Part shown: in pieces, positions 30,221-39,197 of the stretch | Layout: every line of letters starts with the position of its first letter | How positions within the stretch are numbered: the stretch's first letter is position 1 | Assembly (NCBI GenBank): GCA_937934295.1 | Contig: CALHAI010000013.1 | Location: 5,865-69,864 of the forward strand | DNA: 64,000 bases | Origin: an uncultured Blastocatellia bacterium | GTDB taxonomy: Bacteria > Acidobacteriota > Blastocatellia > HR10 | Direction of reading: 5' to 3' | The notes under the pieces: generated by a model | What the model was told of the DNA's origin: nothing | The model's database searches: none | Seen by the model: the letters and a program-made list of their open reading frames with translations, nothing else | Made by a program: the position numbers and the translations under genes

Positions 30221-31141
30221 ATGGGGATTCGGGGCACGATCGTCGCCTCCATGTATAACGCTCGGCCCGATGTGCTGGAGGTGATCGAGCGACTTTTCTT
30301 TCCGAGCCTGATCCGCAATGCGTCCCCACAGTTGCAGTTCATTCTGCTCGATGATGCGTCTCCACTTCGGGAGGAGACCGAGCGCCTGGTCGCGCGATTC
30401 GCTTCGGATTTGCGCCGGGCGTTCGGCGACTTTCAATTCCTGCGAAATCCTCGCAATTTGGGATTCGCCGGCAGTTACAATCGCGGGATGCGCCGAGCCG
30501 AGGGGGAACACGTGATCCTCATCAATGACGATGTCTATCTTCCCCAAGGGTCGTTGGAAAGTCTGCTGGACATTTTGCACAGCGAGGTGGGCGTTGGACT
30601 TGTCGGCCCGGTGACCAATTGGGTGTGCGGGTATCAGAACACGCGCCTTTTCCCCCGCTTGAAGGATTTCTCGCCCTCGGAGCTGGAGCGCATCGAGGCA
30701 TTCGCCCGCGAGTTGCGGCGGCGCGTCGGGCGCCGCGTGATTCCCGTCACTCGGCTCATCGGGTTCTGTCTCGCCATCTCGGGCGATCTTATTCGCGAGA
30801 TTGGGTATTTGGATGAGTCCTTCACGCATGGCCTCTACGAAGATGACGATTATTGTCTGCGGGCGCGTAAGGTCGGGTACCGGGTGCTTGTGGACGTTGC
30901 GACGTTTGTCGAGCACGGAGGGCCGCGGGGTGGGGGGATGTCGTTTCGGCAAAGTTTCCTGAAGACGCTCGTGGCGGCGTTCACCAACGGGGTACGTCTG
31001 GCGAGGAAACACGATCTCCCCCTCTCGGCCATCGCGCGACAGAGCCTGGAGGGCTTTTTGCAGTTCTTCCTGGATCGCCATACCGTCACTGCGTATCTGA
31101 AGCCCTATCTGACCGATGGAGTGGAAGGACGCCATGCCTGA
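30221..31141 (+). CDS. family-2 glycosyltransferase (soluble)
   Basis: ILLDDASP...ILINDDVYLP (DxD)...EDDDYCLRA. GGAG RBS 7 nt before the ATG at 30221. Confidence 0.7.
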   Translation: MGIRGTIVASMYNARPDVLEVIERLFFPSLIRNASPQLQFILLDDASPLREETERLVARFASDLRRAFGDFQFLRNPRNLGFAGSYNRGMRRAEGEHVILINDDVYLPQGSLESLLDILHSEVGVGLVGPVTNWVCGYQNTRLFPRLKDFSPSELERIEAFARELRRRVGRRVIPVTRLIGFCLAISGDLIREIGYLDESFTHGLYEDDDYCLRARKVGYRVLVDVATFVEHGGPRGGGMSFRQSFLKTLVAAFTNGVRLARKHDLPLSAIARQSLEGFLQFFLDRHTVTAYLKPYLTDGVEGRHA

Positions 31142-31979
31142 GCGCGATGTCCTCCTGACGGGGATCCCGCGATCCGGGACGACGCTCGCGTGTTGGTTGC
31201 TCAACCACCTCCCCAACGCCGTCGCGCTGGTGGAACCGCCAATGGGCGTCCGATTTTGGCTCGGCCGCTGGGATCGAAGGCAAGCGAGCGCGAGCGTTCG
31301 CCAATTCTTCATGAGGGTCCGCAAGCGCATCGCTGCGCGGCGCCCGGTTCCATCTTTCCACATTGATGGAGAGGTTCCGGCCAATACCGTGGAGGAGCGG
31401 CGCATGGGGGTATCGCGCCGACGGTTGGCTCGGCCTGGGAAGGTTCTCATGGCGAAACGCCTTTCCGCGCACTTCTGGCTCATCGTGAAGCATCCGGCTC
31501 CTTTCACCGCGCTCTTGAGTGAGCTCACGGGCCATTTCTCCATCTACGCCCTTGTTCGCAATCCTCTGGCCGTCCTCGCCTCGTGGAACTCCGTCCCCTT
31601 GCCGGTGAATAGAGGGCATGTGCCCGCGGCCGAATGGTTCGATCCCTCCCTCCGGAAAACGCTCTCCCGGATCGCGGATCGATGGGAGCGGCAGCTCGCT
31701 CTTCTCGAGTGGTTTTTCGAGATCTATCGGCGCACCCTTCCCAAGACGGCGATCCTTCGCTACGAAGACATCGTCGCCTCAGGCGGGCGCGCGCTCAGCG
31801 TGATCGTCCCGGAGGCCGCCGAGCTCAACGTCCCTTTGCCGAACCGGAATACGAGTCCGCTCTACGATGTCTCGCTCATGTGCGCTCTGGGCGAGCGATT
31901 GCTCAAGACCGATGGGTCGTATTGGGATTTCTACTCGCGGGAGAGTGTGGAACGAGTGATCGCTGAAGTGAGGGGGTGA
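31134..31979 (+). CDS. sulfotransferase family protein (second copy)
   Basis: VLLTGIPRSGTTLACWLL 5'-PSB motif. ATGCCTGA start/stop overlap with the upstream GT2. Confidence 0.6.
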   Translation: MPERDVLLTGIPRSGTTLACWLLNHLPNAVALVEPPMGVRFWLGRWDRRQASASVRQFFMRVRKRIAARRPVPSFHIDGEVPANTVEERRMGVSRRRLARPGKVLMAKRLSAHFWLIVKHPAPFTALLSELTGHFSIYALVRNPLAVLASWNSVPLPVNRGHVPAAEWFDPSLRKTLSRIADRWERQLALLEWFFEIYRRTLPKTAILRYEDIVASGGRALSVIVPEAAELNVPLPNRNTSPLYDVSLMCALGERLLKTDGSYWDFYSRESVERVIAEVRG

Positions 31980-33001
31980 TGCGCCTGGCCGTCGTGGTGC
32001 GTTCGGTGGATGCGCCGAGTCATCGGGTCTATCGGGAGAACGTGGTCCGGGCCCTTGCGGCTTCGGGGATCCATGGGATTCCGATCCGGAGACACGGGCC
32101 GATCCCTCCCGAGTGTGACGTGGTGTGGGATCCTGGACTGGGAATGCGCCCGATTCCCCCGATCTTGCGGGAGAGCCGCGTTCCTGTCGTCGTGACGTTC
32201 CACGGCGCGCGCATCTTCTCGCCCGCTTATGTTCGGAAGGCGGAATGGGTGGTCGCCCGCTTCTACCATTCATGGTTGAAGTCCCGAATTCTGCGGGATC
32301 GAATATGGTTCCGAGAGGTCGTGACGGCGGTGATCGCGCCCTCGCAGTTCGCCGCTCAGGAAGCTGCGGAAGTTTTCAATGTCCCGCTTGAGGGAGTTCA
32401 TGTCATCCCGCACGGCGTTGATCACGCGCTGTTCAGGCCCGACGGAGCGAGGTTCATGCGGGAGCGCCCGTATCTGCTTCATATCTTCGGGGGGAATCCG
32501 ATGAAGAACACCGAGCGGGTTGTTGCGGCGTATGCCCGGCTGCCGGAATCGTCCCGCCCCGATCTCATCGTGATCTCACCCTGGGACTGGCGCATTCTCG
32601 GAAAATTTCGGGTTCGGGGAGTGAAGGTCATCCGACGGCTTGTTCCCCAACCCGAGCTCGCCAAGTGGTATCGAGGAGCCCTCGCGCTGGTCGCGCCTTC
32701 GCTGCGAGAGACGTTCGGGCTCTCGCTCCTGGAGGCCATGTCCTGCGGATGCCCGGTGATCACCTCCAATCGCACGGGCTGTGCGGAAATAGTGGGTGAC
32801 GCCGCCCTGCTTGTGGACCCATGTTCGACTGAGGAGATCGCCGAGGCAATGTGGCGGTTGAGTGCGGACGGTTCCCTGCGGCGGTACTTGCGGGAACAGA
32901 GCCTGAGGCGCGCGCAGGCATTCAGTTGGAGTCGTTCGGCGGCCGAGCATGCGTGGGTCTTTCAGAGCCTCCTGGCCGGAGCCTCCCTCAGATCGGCATG
33001 A
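31979..33001 (+). CDS. GT4-family (GT-B, retaining) glycosyltransferase
   Basis: E(x)7E region FGLSLLEAMSCGCPVITSN and preceding Rossmann halves. tgATG overlap with the upstream stop. Confidence 0.7.
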   Translation: MRLAVVVRSVDAPSHRVYRENVVRALAASGIHGIPIRRHGPIPPECDVVWDPGLGMRPIPPILRESRVPVVVTFHGARIFSPAYVRKAEWVVARFYHSWLKSRILRDRIWFREVVTAVIAPSQFAAQEAAEVFNVPLEGVHVIPHGVDHALFRPDGARFMRERPYLLHIFGGNPMKNTERVVAAYARLPESSRPDLIVISPWDWRILGKFRVRGVKVIRRLVPQPELAKWYRGALALVAPSLRETFGLSLLEAMSCGCPVITSNRTGCAEIVGDAALLVDPCSTEEIAEAMWRLSADGSLRRYLREQSLRRAQAFSWSRSAAEHAWVFQSLLAGASLRSA

Positions 33002-33103
33002 GCGACTTCGTGCGATCCGTGCCATTCTCCGCATCCGTTCCCTTTCCTCCGGTCACCCTGTACAATTACCTCTGTGTGGACTCTGATCGAAGGAGCGTGA
33101 ACC

Positions 33104-34201
33104 TTGCTGCGCGTTGGGATCATCGGGCTTCCGAACGTCGGGAAGTCCACGCTCTTCAACGCTCTCATGCGCGGGCATGTGGCCGAAGTCGCGAGTTATC
33201 CCTTCTCGACGGTGGCGCGCAATGTCGGGATCATCGCCGTGCCGGATGAGCGGCTGGTGCCGCTCGCGCGCGTGTACAAGACCTTGGTGACCGTCCCCTC
33301 GACGATCGAGTTCGTGGACATCGCCGGCTTGGTGCGCGGCGCGCATCGGGGCGAGGGTTTGGGGAATCAATTCCTCGCGTACATCCGCGAGATGGATGCC
33401 TTGGTTGAAGTCGTGCGCTGTTTCGAGGCTGAGAGCGTTGCACACGTAGAGGGGGCGCTCGATCCGATTCGCGACATGGAGACAGTGGAGATCGAGCTGG
33501 CACTCGCGGATCTGGCGACGGTGGAACGGCGCAAGGAGAAGGCGCAACGGCAGGCGAAGGTCGGCGACAAGGCGGTCGCCTTCGAGCTGGCGGTTCTGGA
33601 GAAGCTGGAGGCGGCCTTGAACGTTGGGATCCCGGTGCGCCGATTAGACCTCTCCGAGGAAGAGCGAGTCGTCGTTCGGCAACTTTTCCTTCTGACGGCC
33701 AAGCCGAAGCTTTACGCAGCGAACGTTGGCGAAGAGGATCTCGGGCGCGAGATCCCCTGGGTCGCGCGCGTGCGCGAGCGCGCGCGTGCAGAGGAAGCGG
33801 AGGTGGTCGTCCTCTGCGCCCAACTGGAGGCGGAGCTTGCTGATCTCACCGAGGAGGAAGCGGCCGAATATCTGGCGAGCCTCGGCGTAACAAGCACGGG
33901 CGTGCGCGAGCTGATTCACGCCGCCTATCGGCAACTGGGGCTCATCACGTTCTTCACCGGCAACGAGAAGGAGGTGCATGCGTGGGCCGTGCGGGCGGGG
34001 ACGAAGGCTCCGCAGGCGGCCGGGTTGATCCACTCCGATTTCGAACGCGGATTCATCGCTGCCGAAGTGATCCCCTTCAAAGATCTCATCGCTGCCGGTT
34101 CCATCACCAAAGCGCGCGAGCACGGCTTGATTCGCCTTGAGGGGCGCGATTACGTTGTGCAGGAAGGCGACGTGATCTACTTCCGGTTCCACGTCTGCTG
34201 A
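33104..34201 (+). CDS. ychF: ribosome-binding ATPase YchF (TTG start)
   Basis: LRVGIIGLPNVGKSTLFNAL... plus the C-terminal TGS domain. GAAGGAG RBS. Confidence 0.85.
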   Translation: MLRVGIIGLPNVGKSTLFNALMRGHVAEVASYPFSTVARNVGIIAVPDERLVPLARVYKTLVTVPSTIEFVDIAGLVRGAHRGEGLGNQFLAYIREMDALVEVVRCFEAESVAHVEGALDPIRDMETVEIELALADLATVERRKEKAQRQAKVGDKAVAFELAVLEKLEAALNVGIPVRRLDLSEEERVVVRQLFLLTAKPKLYAANVGEEDLGREIPWVARVRERARAEEAEVVVLCAQLEAELADLTEEEAAEYLASLGVTSTGVRELIHAAYRQLGLITFFTGNEKEVHAWAVRAGTKAPQAAGLIHSDFERGFIAAEVIPFKDLIAAGSITKAREHGLIRLEGRDYVVQEGDVIYFRFHVC

Positions 34202-34242
34202 AGAGGTGGCGCGGACGCCCCTTGGGATTCGCCGGCGGAGGC

Positions 34243-35433
34243 TCAATATACGCTGATCTCCCCCTCGATCAGCCGGCGCCAGAGGGAAGGCAGCTCATCG
34301 AGCTTCGCCATCGCCAGTTGGGAAGCGCGACCGCGCAAGCCGCGTGTGAGCCGCCGCGCGCGCAGCTTCAGGTTCACGACCTGAGGCTGCGTGATCGGCC
34401 GGCCGATTTGGCTGAGGATATAGCAGTACGCTTCCTCGACCTCCTCGATCTCTTCGAGGACCTGTTCGGCAATGCGTCGGGCCGTGATGTTGTAGAGCTT
34501 CCCCACGTGGCTGATGGGATTTTTCCCGGCCGTCGCTTCCAGGCTCATCGGGCGAAAGGGCGTGATCAGCCCGTTGACCCGATTCCCACGCCCGACTTGC
34601 CCATCGTCGCCCGCTTCGGCGCTCGTCCCCGTGAGCGTGAGATAGACCGAGCCCTTCGCCTCATCATCGGCGGGATTGACATGCACGGTGACCGGATGCT
34701 CCACAAGCTGTTCGGCGAAGTGCGCGATCTCGCTCTGAATCGCCTGCTTCTTCTCCTGATAATCCGAGAGATCGCGAACATGAGCGGAGACGAAGGCGAT
34801 GGCGACTGTGAGCGCGATATCCTCGCCTCGCCGCATCCCCATCACCTTAATATCCTCCCCGATCTCCGGATAGGTGGCCTTGAGCGGCTCTGAGTTCAGA
34901 AATCGTTCTGTCTCGTAAACCACTCGTTCGAGGCGAGTCAGCGGGGCATAGCCGACGCCGAACGATGTGTCGTTGGCAAGCGGCGTCGTCGTGGCACGTT
35001 GAAAGAGATCCACGAGGTCGGCGCTTCCCGGTCGGATCACGCACTGGAAACGCATGTGCCGCTCGGGATCGAGATGCCGAAAATGCCCCGCGATCCACGC
35101 CGCTGCGGCTTCGCGGTACAATTCCTCGATTGGGACGCGCCGGTTCGCGACGTCGAGCGTCGCGCGCCCGACGAGCATGAAGAGGATAGGATCGAGCATC
35201 TCCCCCCCACCGAAGTGCGAGATCGTGCGCCCGCCGACGAGCAAGGCCTTGTCGAGATTGTAATGGAGGACGCGCCCGAACTCTCTCTCATAGTAGCGGC
35301 AAAGGGCGACGCTCGTGGCCTCGGCGATCCCGTCGCACATTGTATCCGGGTGCCCGACCCCTTTCCGCTCGACGATCTCAACTTCCAGCGCTTCGACTTT
35401 CGGAAAATTCAGATGGTCCACGACGATCATCAT
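34243..35433 (-). CDS. archaeal-type S-adenosylmethionine synthetase (MAT, PF01941-like)
   Basis: [50 protein letters not shown] closely matches the archaeal MAT N-terminus (ERKGxGHPDxxCDGIAE) and not bacterial MetK (GHPDKxCDQISD). AGGGGGG RBS before the ATG at 35433. Confidence 0.7.
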   Translation of the reverse strand: MMIVVDHLNFPKVEALEVEIVERKGVGHPDTMCDGIAEATSVALCRYYEREFGRVLHYNLDKALLVGGRTISHFGGGEMLDPILFMLVGRATLDVANRRVPIEELYREAAAAWIAGHFRHLDPERHMRFQCVIRPGSADLVDLFQRATTTPLANDTSFGVGYAPLTRLERVVYETERFLNSEPLKATYPEIGEDIKVMGMRRGEDIALTVAIAFVSAHVRDLSDYQEKKQAIQSEIAHFAEQLVEHPVTVHVNPADDEAKGSVYLTLTGTSAEAGDDGQVGRGNRVNGLITPFRPMSLEATAGKNPISHVGKLYNITARRIAEQVLEEIEEVEEAYCYILSQIGRPITQPQVVNLKLRARRLTRGLRGRASQLAMAKLDELPSLWRRLIEGEISVY

Positions 35434-35619
35434 CCGCCCCCCTGCTTCGGCGCTCGTTAAACTGTATACCACGCTGAGGGTTTTCGTCCAGGTGGTCTTC
35501 ACAGCTCTTCAGGAGGAGGCGCTCTTGACTCTGCACGATGCGCGTGATAGAAGGTAGCACCTTACTGTCAAGGCGAGGGAGTTGCTGGAAGTTTGACATC
35601 TCTTTACGGAGGTTGGGCG

Positions 35620-37263
35620 ATGCATGTGCTGCGCTGGTTCATCGGCATCCTCGTCTTCGCCGCCTTCGTCGCTGCCTTCTCCGGCGGACCGCGTCCTGGA
35701 TTCACGGGCGCTCCGGGAGAACCGACGTGCACGTCCTGCCATTGGGGATTCCGGGTGAATCCCGATGATCGGGGGAGAGTGCGACTTGAGGGACTGCCCA
35801 TCGGCTATATTCCCGCCGAGCGATATCTCCTGAAATTATTGGTGACCCATCCTGATCCGGATCGTCAGCGATGGGGATTTCAACTGACGGCGCTCACCAA
35901 CCCAGGGGATGATCCGGTTGGAGAGTTCCTCGTCGTCGAAGGGGATCTGGGATGGGCCGATCCAATGCGGACACGGCGGGAGATCGGCGGACCCGGAGGT
36001 CGGCGACAGTACATGTCCCATACCTCGGGAAGCACTCTGGTTTTCCCGAAGTCTGGAGGCGATCATTGGCGGATCGCCTGGAAGGCACCGATGTCGGGCG
36101 TCGGAGGCGTGACGTTTTACGCCGCCGGGAATGCCGCCAATGGAGATAGGGCGCCGACTGGAGACAAGATCTTCACAGCCTCATTCACGATCCCTGGAGC
36201 GCTTCGTTTCTCTCAGGAGGAGGCTTTCGCCATGCCTTTCGCTCGCTGGATCCGGGCGCTCGCGTGGGGCGATTTCGATGGGGATGATTTCCCCGATCTC
36301 TTCCTCATTGGAGAGGGGGAGTATTTTCTCTTCCGAAATGACCGCGGGAAGCTCGTGGACGTGACCGAAGCCTCTGGGATCCCGCGTTTCGGCAGGGGGC
36401 GCGCCGCTGCGTGGGGGGATTTCAACGGCGATGGGCACCTGGATCTCTATGTCGTCAATGAGGGGCAAGATTTCCTGCTCCGCAATGAAGGAGGGACATT
36501 TCGCGAAGTCGCCGCCGCTTCGGGAATCGTCGAGCACGCTTCCGGCCGCGCTGCCGTATGGGGCGATTTCAATGGCGATGGGCATTTGGATCTCTACGTC
36601 GTCAATGACGGGCAGGATGTCCTCTACCGGAACAGGGGCGATGGAACGTTCGCCGCGCTCGATCCAACTTCAGCCGGTCTCACGGAAGATGCGAAGGGGC
36701 GCGCGGCCGCATGGGGAGATTTCGACAAAGACGGACGCTTAGATCTTTACGTGGCGAATGAAGGGCCAGACTTCCTCTATCGCAATCTTGGTGGCGGAAG
36801 GTTTCAAAACATCGCGCCCTCAGCCGGAATCCTTCAGGAAGGGATCAGCACGGACGTTGCTTGGTTCGATTTCGATGGAGACGGCCGCTTGGACGTCTTC
36901 GTGGTTCGGGAGGGGCAAGATGTCCTATATCGGAATCGAGGCGATGGGACGTTCACTGTCGTTGACCCGGAGGTCGCCGGATATGCGGATGAGGGAAGCG
37001 ATGGGGTGCTCGCCGTCGCCGATTTCGATGGAGATGGGCGCCCTGACGTTTTCGTCGCGAAGGCCGGAATTGTTTTCCTCTTCCGCAATCGGGGTGATGG
37101 GACGTTCGGTCAGATCGTGGGGAAGCCCGGATTCGCGATAGTGCCCGTGTCTCTCCCTCGTGGGGCGGCATGGATTGATTTCGATCGCGATGGGCGGATG
37201 GACCTTTTCCTCGCCGGTGATGATGGAACACATGCGCTCTATCGTGGGCAGGTCGGCGGATGA
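35620..37263 (+). CDS. secreted ASPIC/UnbV-type FG-GAP repeat beta-propeller protein with an N-terminal CxxCH motif
   Basis: Signal peptide MHVLRWFIGILVFAAFVAAFS. CTSCH at the mature N-terminus. At least 8 repeats of AAAWGDFNGDGHLDLYVVNEGQDFLLRN type. Confidence 0.6.
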   Translation: MHVLRWFIGILVFAAFVAAFSGGPRPGFTGAPGEPTCTSCHWGFRVNPDDRGRVRLEGLPIGYIPAERYLLKLLVTHPDPDRQRWGFQLTALTNPGDDPVGEFLVVEGDLGWADPMRTRREIGGPGGRRQYMSHTSGSTLVFPKSGGDHWRIAWKAPMSGVGGVTFYAAGNAANGDRAPTGDKIFTASFTIPGALRFSQEEAFAMPFARWIRALAWGDFDGDDFPDLFLIGEGEYFLFRNDRGKLVDVTEASGIPRFGRGRAAAWGDFNGDGHLDLYVVNEGQDFLLRNEGGTFREVAAASGIVEHASGRAAVWGDFNGDGHLDLYVVNDGQDVLYRNRGDGTFAALDPTSAGLTEDAKGRAAAWGDFDKDGRLDLYVANEGPDFLYRNLGGGRFQNIAPSAGILQEGISTDVAWFDFDGDGRLDVFVVREGQDVLYRNRGDGTFTVVDPEVAGYADEGSDGVLAVADFDGDGRPDVFVAKAGIVFLFRNRGDGTFGQIVGKPGFAIVPVSLPRGAAWIDFDRDGRMDLFLAGDDGTHALYRGQVGG

Positions 37264-37396
37264 ACGGCAGTGGCGCTTGGCTGTGCGCACGTCTGACGAT
37301 GCCCGCCGTCAATCATGAGATCGCGTCTTCGCATCGGGTACTCGGGTCCTTGCGGGGAGATCGAACACCTAAGCGAGCCCGCGAGCGGGCGTCCGA

Positions 37397-38659
37397 TTGC
37401 GTCCCTTCTTCTTGAAGCGGCGCCATGGGTTTGGTATCGTATCGCCCGTGGTTCCGGTCGAGGAGGCGCAAGCGATCATTTTGCAGAGCGTCGCTCCAGT
37501 CGGCGAGGAGGCGGTTCCACTGGCCGAAGCGTTAGGGCGGGTCTTGCGTCAGCCGATTCGTGCTGATATAGATCTCCCCCCTTTCGATCGCGCGATGATG
37601 GACGGTTACGCCGTGCGGGCCGAGGACACGGCGAGGGCGCCCGTGCGCTTGCGCGTGGTGGGGGAGGTGTTGGCCGGGATGACCTTCCCCGGCTCGATCG
37701 CTCCGGGTGAGGCGGTGAAGATCATGACGGGAGCGGCCGTCCCACCCGGGGCGGATGCCGTCGAACGTGTCGAGAAGACGGAGCGCGAGGGCGAATGGGT
37801 GATTCTTCGCGAACCCGTTCAAGTGGGACAGCACATCACGCGACGTGGGAGTCAGGCGCGGGAGGGGGAGATCGTGCTCGAGCCAGGGATTCGCATTGGT
37901 CCGGCAGAGATCGCGGTCCTCGCTTCCTTCGGCTCTGCGACGGTTCGCGTCGCGCGCCGGTTGACACTGGGTGTGCTCTCGACCGGGAGCGAATTGGTGG
38001 AAGTCGGCGCGCGTCCTTCGCCCGTTCAAATTCGCGATTCCAATAGCCCGACGCTTCGCGCCTGCTTGACGATGGCAGGTGTGGGGGCGCATCCATTGGG
38101 GATCGTCGCTGACGATCTCTCGGGGATCGAATCTTCCATTCGTTCGGCTTTGGAGCACTTCGATGGACTCCTCATCACCGGTGGGGTTTCGATGGGCGAG
38201 GCCGATTTGGTGAAGGTCGCGCTGCGCCAGATTGGCGCGCGCCTGTTCTTCGAGCGGGTGCGCCTTCATCCGGGCAAACCGTTCTGTTTTGCCCTCTTCG
38301 AGGGGAAGCCCATCTTCGCCTTGCCTGGCAATCCCGTCTCCGTCGTCGTGACGTTCCTTCTCTTCGTCCTTCCGGCGCTCCGCCGCATGCTGGGATACCG
38401 GGAAGAGCACCTCCCCCTCTTCGAAGCGACGATGACCGAAGATGCTCGGCATTCGCCCGAGCGACGGAGTTATCTGCCGGCCTTCGTGTGGTTCGCCGAA
38501 GGCCAGGCGTTCGTTCGACGCGTCCCTTGGGAAGGGAGTTCCGATCTCGTGGGATTTGCCCGCGCGAACGCGCTGCTCATCGTCCCGGAAGGCGTGGTGT
38601 CGGTGAAGGCGGGGGAGCGCGCGCGCGTGCTCCTGCTGCCGTGGGAGGGATTGCCGTGA
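37397..38659 (+). CDS. moeA: molybdopterin molybdotransferase (start uncertain; ORF begins with TTG, GTG alternative at about 37448)
   Basis: [56 protein letters not shown] is a MoeA N-terminal signature. GGVSMGE...PGNPVS. Confidence 0.75.
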   Translation: MRPFFLKRRHGFGIVSPVVPVEEAQAIILQSVAPVGEEAVPLAEALGRVLRQPIRADIDLPPFDRAMMDGYAVRAEDTARAPVRLRVVGEVLAGMTFPGSIAPGEAVKIMTGAAVPPGADAVERVEKTEREGEWVILREPVQVGQHITRRGSQAREGEIVLEPGIRIGPAEIAVLASFGSATVRVARRLTLGVLSTGSELVEVGARPSPVQIRDSNSPTLRACLTMAGVGAHPLGIVADDLSGIESSIRSALEHFDGLLITGGVSMGEADLVKVALRQIGARLFFERVRLHPGKPFCFALFEGKPIFALPGNPVSVVVTFLLFVLPALRRMLGYREEHLPLFEATMTEDARHSPERRSYLPAFVWFAEGQAFVRRVPWEGSSDLVGFARANALLIVPEGVVSVKAGERARVLLLPWEGLP

Positions 38660-39135
38660 AAGACCTCACCCACGTGGACGCCGAAGGGCGAATTCAAATG
38701 GTGGACGTGAGCGCTAAGCCTGTGACCGAACGGCGGGCTGTAGCGAGCGGCTTCGTGCGCCTGCGCAAGGAGACGCTGCGGGCCATCCGAGAGCGGCGGA
38801 CGCCGAAGGGCGATCCGCTGGAGGCAGCTCGATTAGCGGGGATTCTCGCGGCCAAGCGGACGGCGGAGTTGATCCCCCTTTGTCATCCGCTTCCGCTCAC
38901 GCACATCGATGTCGAAGCTGAGGTGAAAGCGGACGGCATCGCCCTTACGGCCTCGGTGGCGACGACGGCACAAACGGGCGTGGAGATGGAAGCGCTTGTG
39001 GCTGTGAGCATCGCCGCGCTCACACTCTACGATATGTGCAAGGCCATAGATCGAGAGATGACGATCACGGATATTCGTTTGGAGCAAAAGACTGGGGGGA
39101 CGTCGGGGGATTTCGTGCGAGAGGAGGACGGGTGA
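38656..39135 (+). CDS. moaC: cyclic pyranopterin monophosphate synthase accessory protein MoaC
   Basis: [27 protein letters not shown]...[38 protein letters not shown] at 38656 overlaps the moeA TGA (GTGA). Confidence 0.85.
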   Translation: MKDLTHVDAEGRIQMVDVSAKPVTERRAVASGFVRLRKETLRAIRERRTPKGDPLEAARLAGILAAKRTAELIPLCHPLPLTHIDVEAEVKADGIALTASVATTAQTGVEMEALVAVSIAALTLYDMCKAIDREMTITDIRLEQKTGGTSGDFVREEDG

Positions 39136-39197
39136 GTCGGTCTCTCATTCGAGAGCCGAAGCGTGATCTTCCGCGAGATCGCTTTGGGGCGGAGAAG

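Noticed and set aside
29927-31543. 538-aa minus-strand ORF antisense to the sulfotransferase/GT2 genes
   Set aside because: Antisense artefact.
38488-38655. Upstream extension of the moaC ORF into moeA
   Set aside because: MoaC homology starts at [11 protein letters not shown] at 38656 overlaps the moeA stop (GTGA), which is the conventional coupling.
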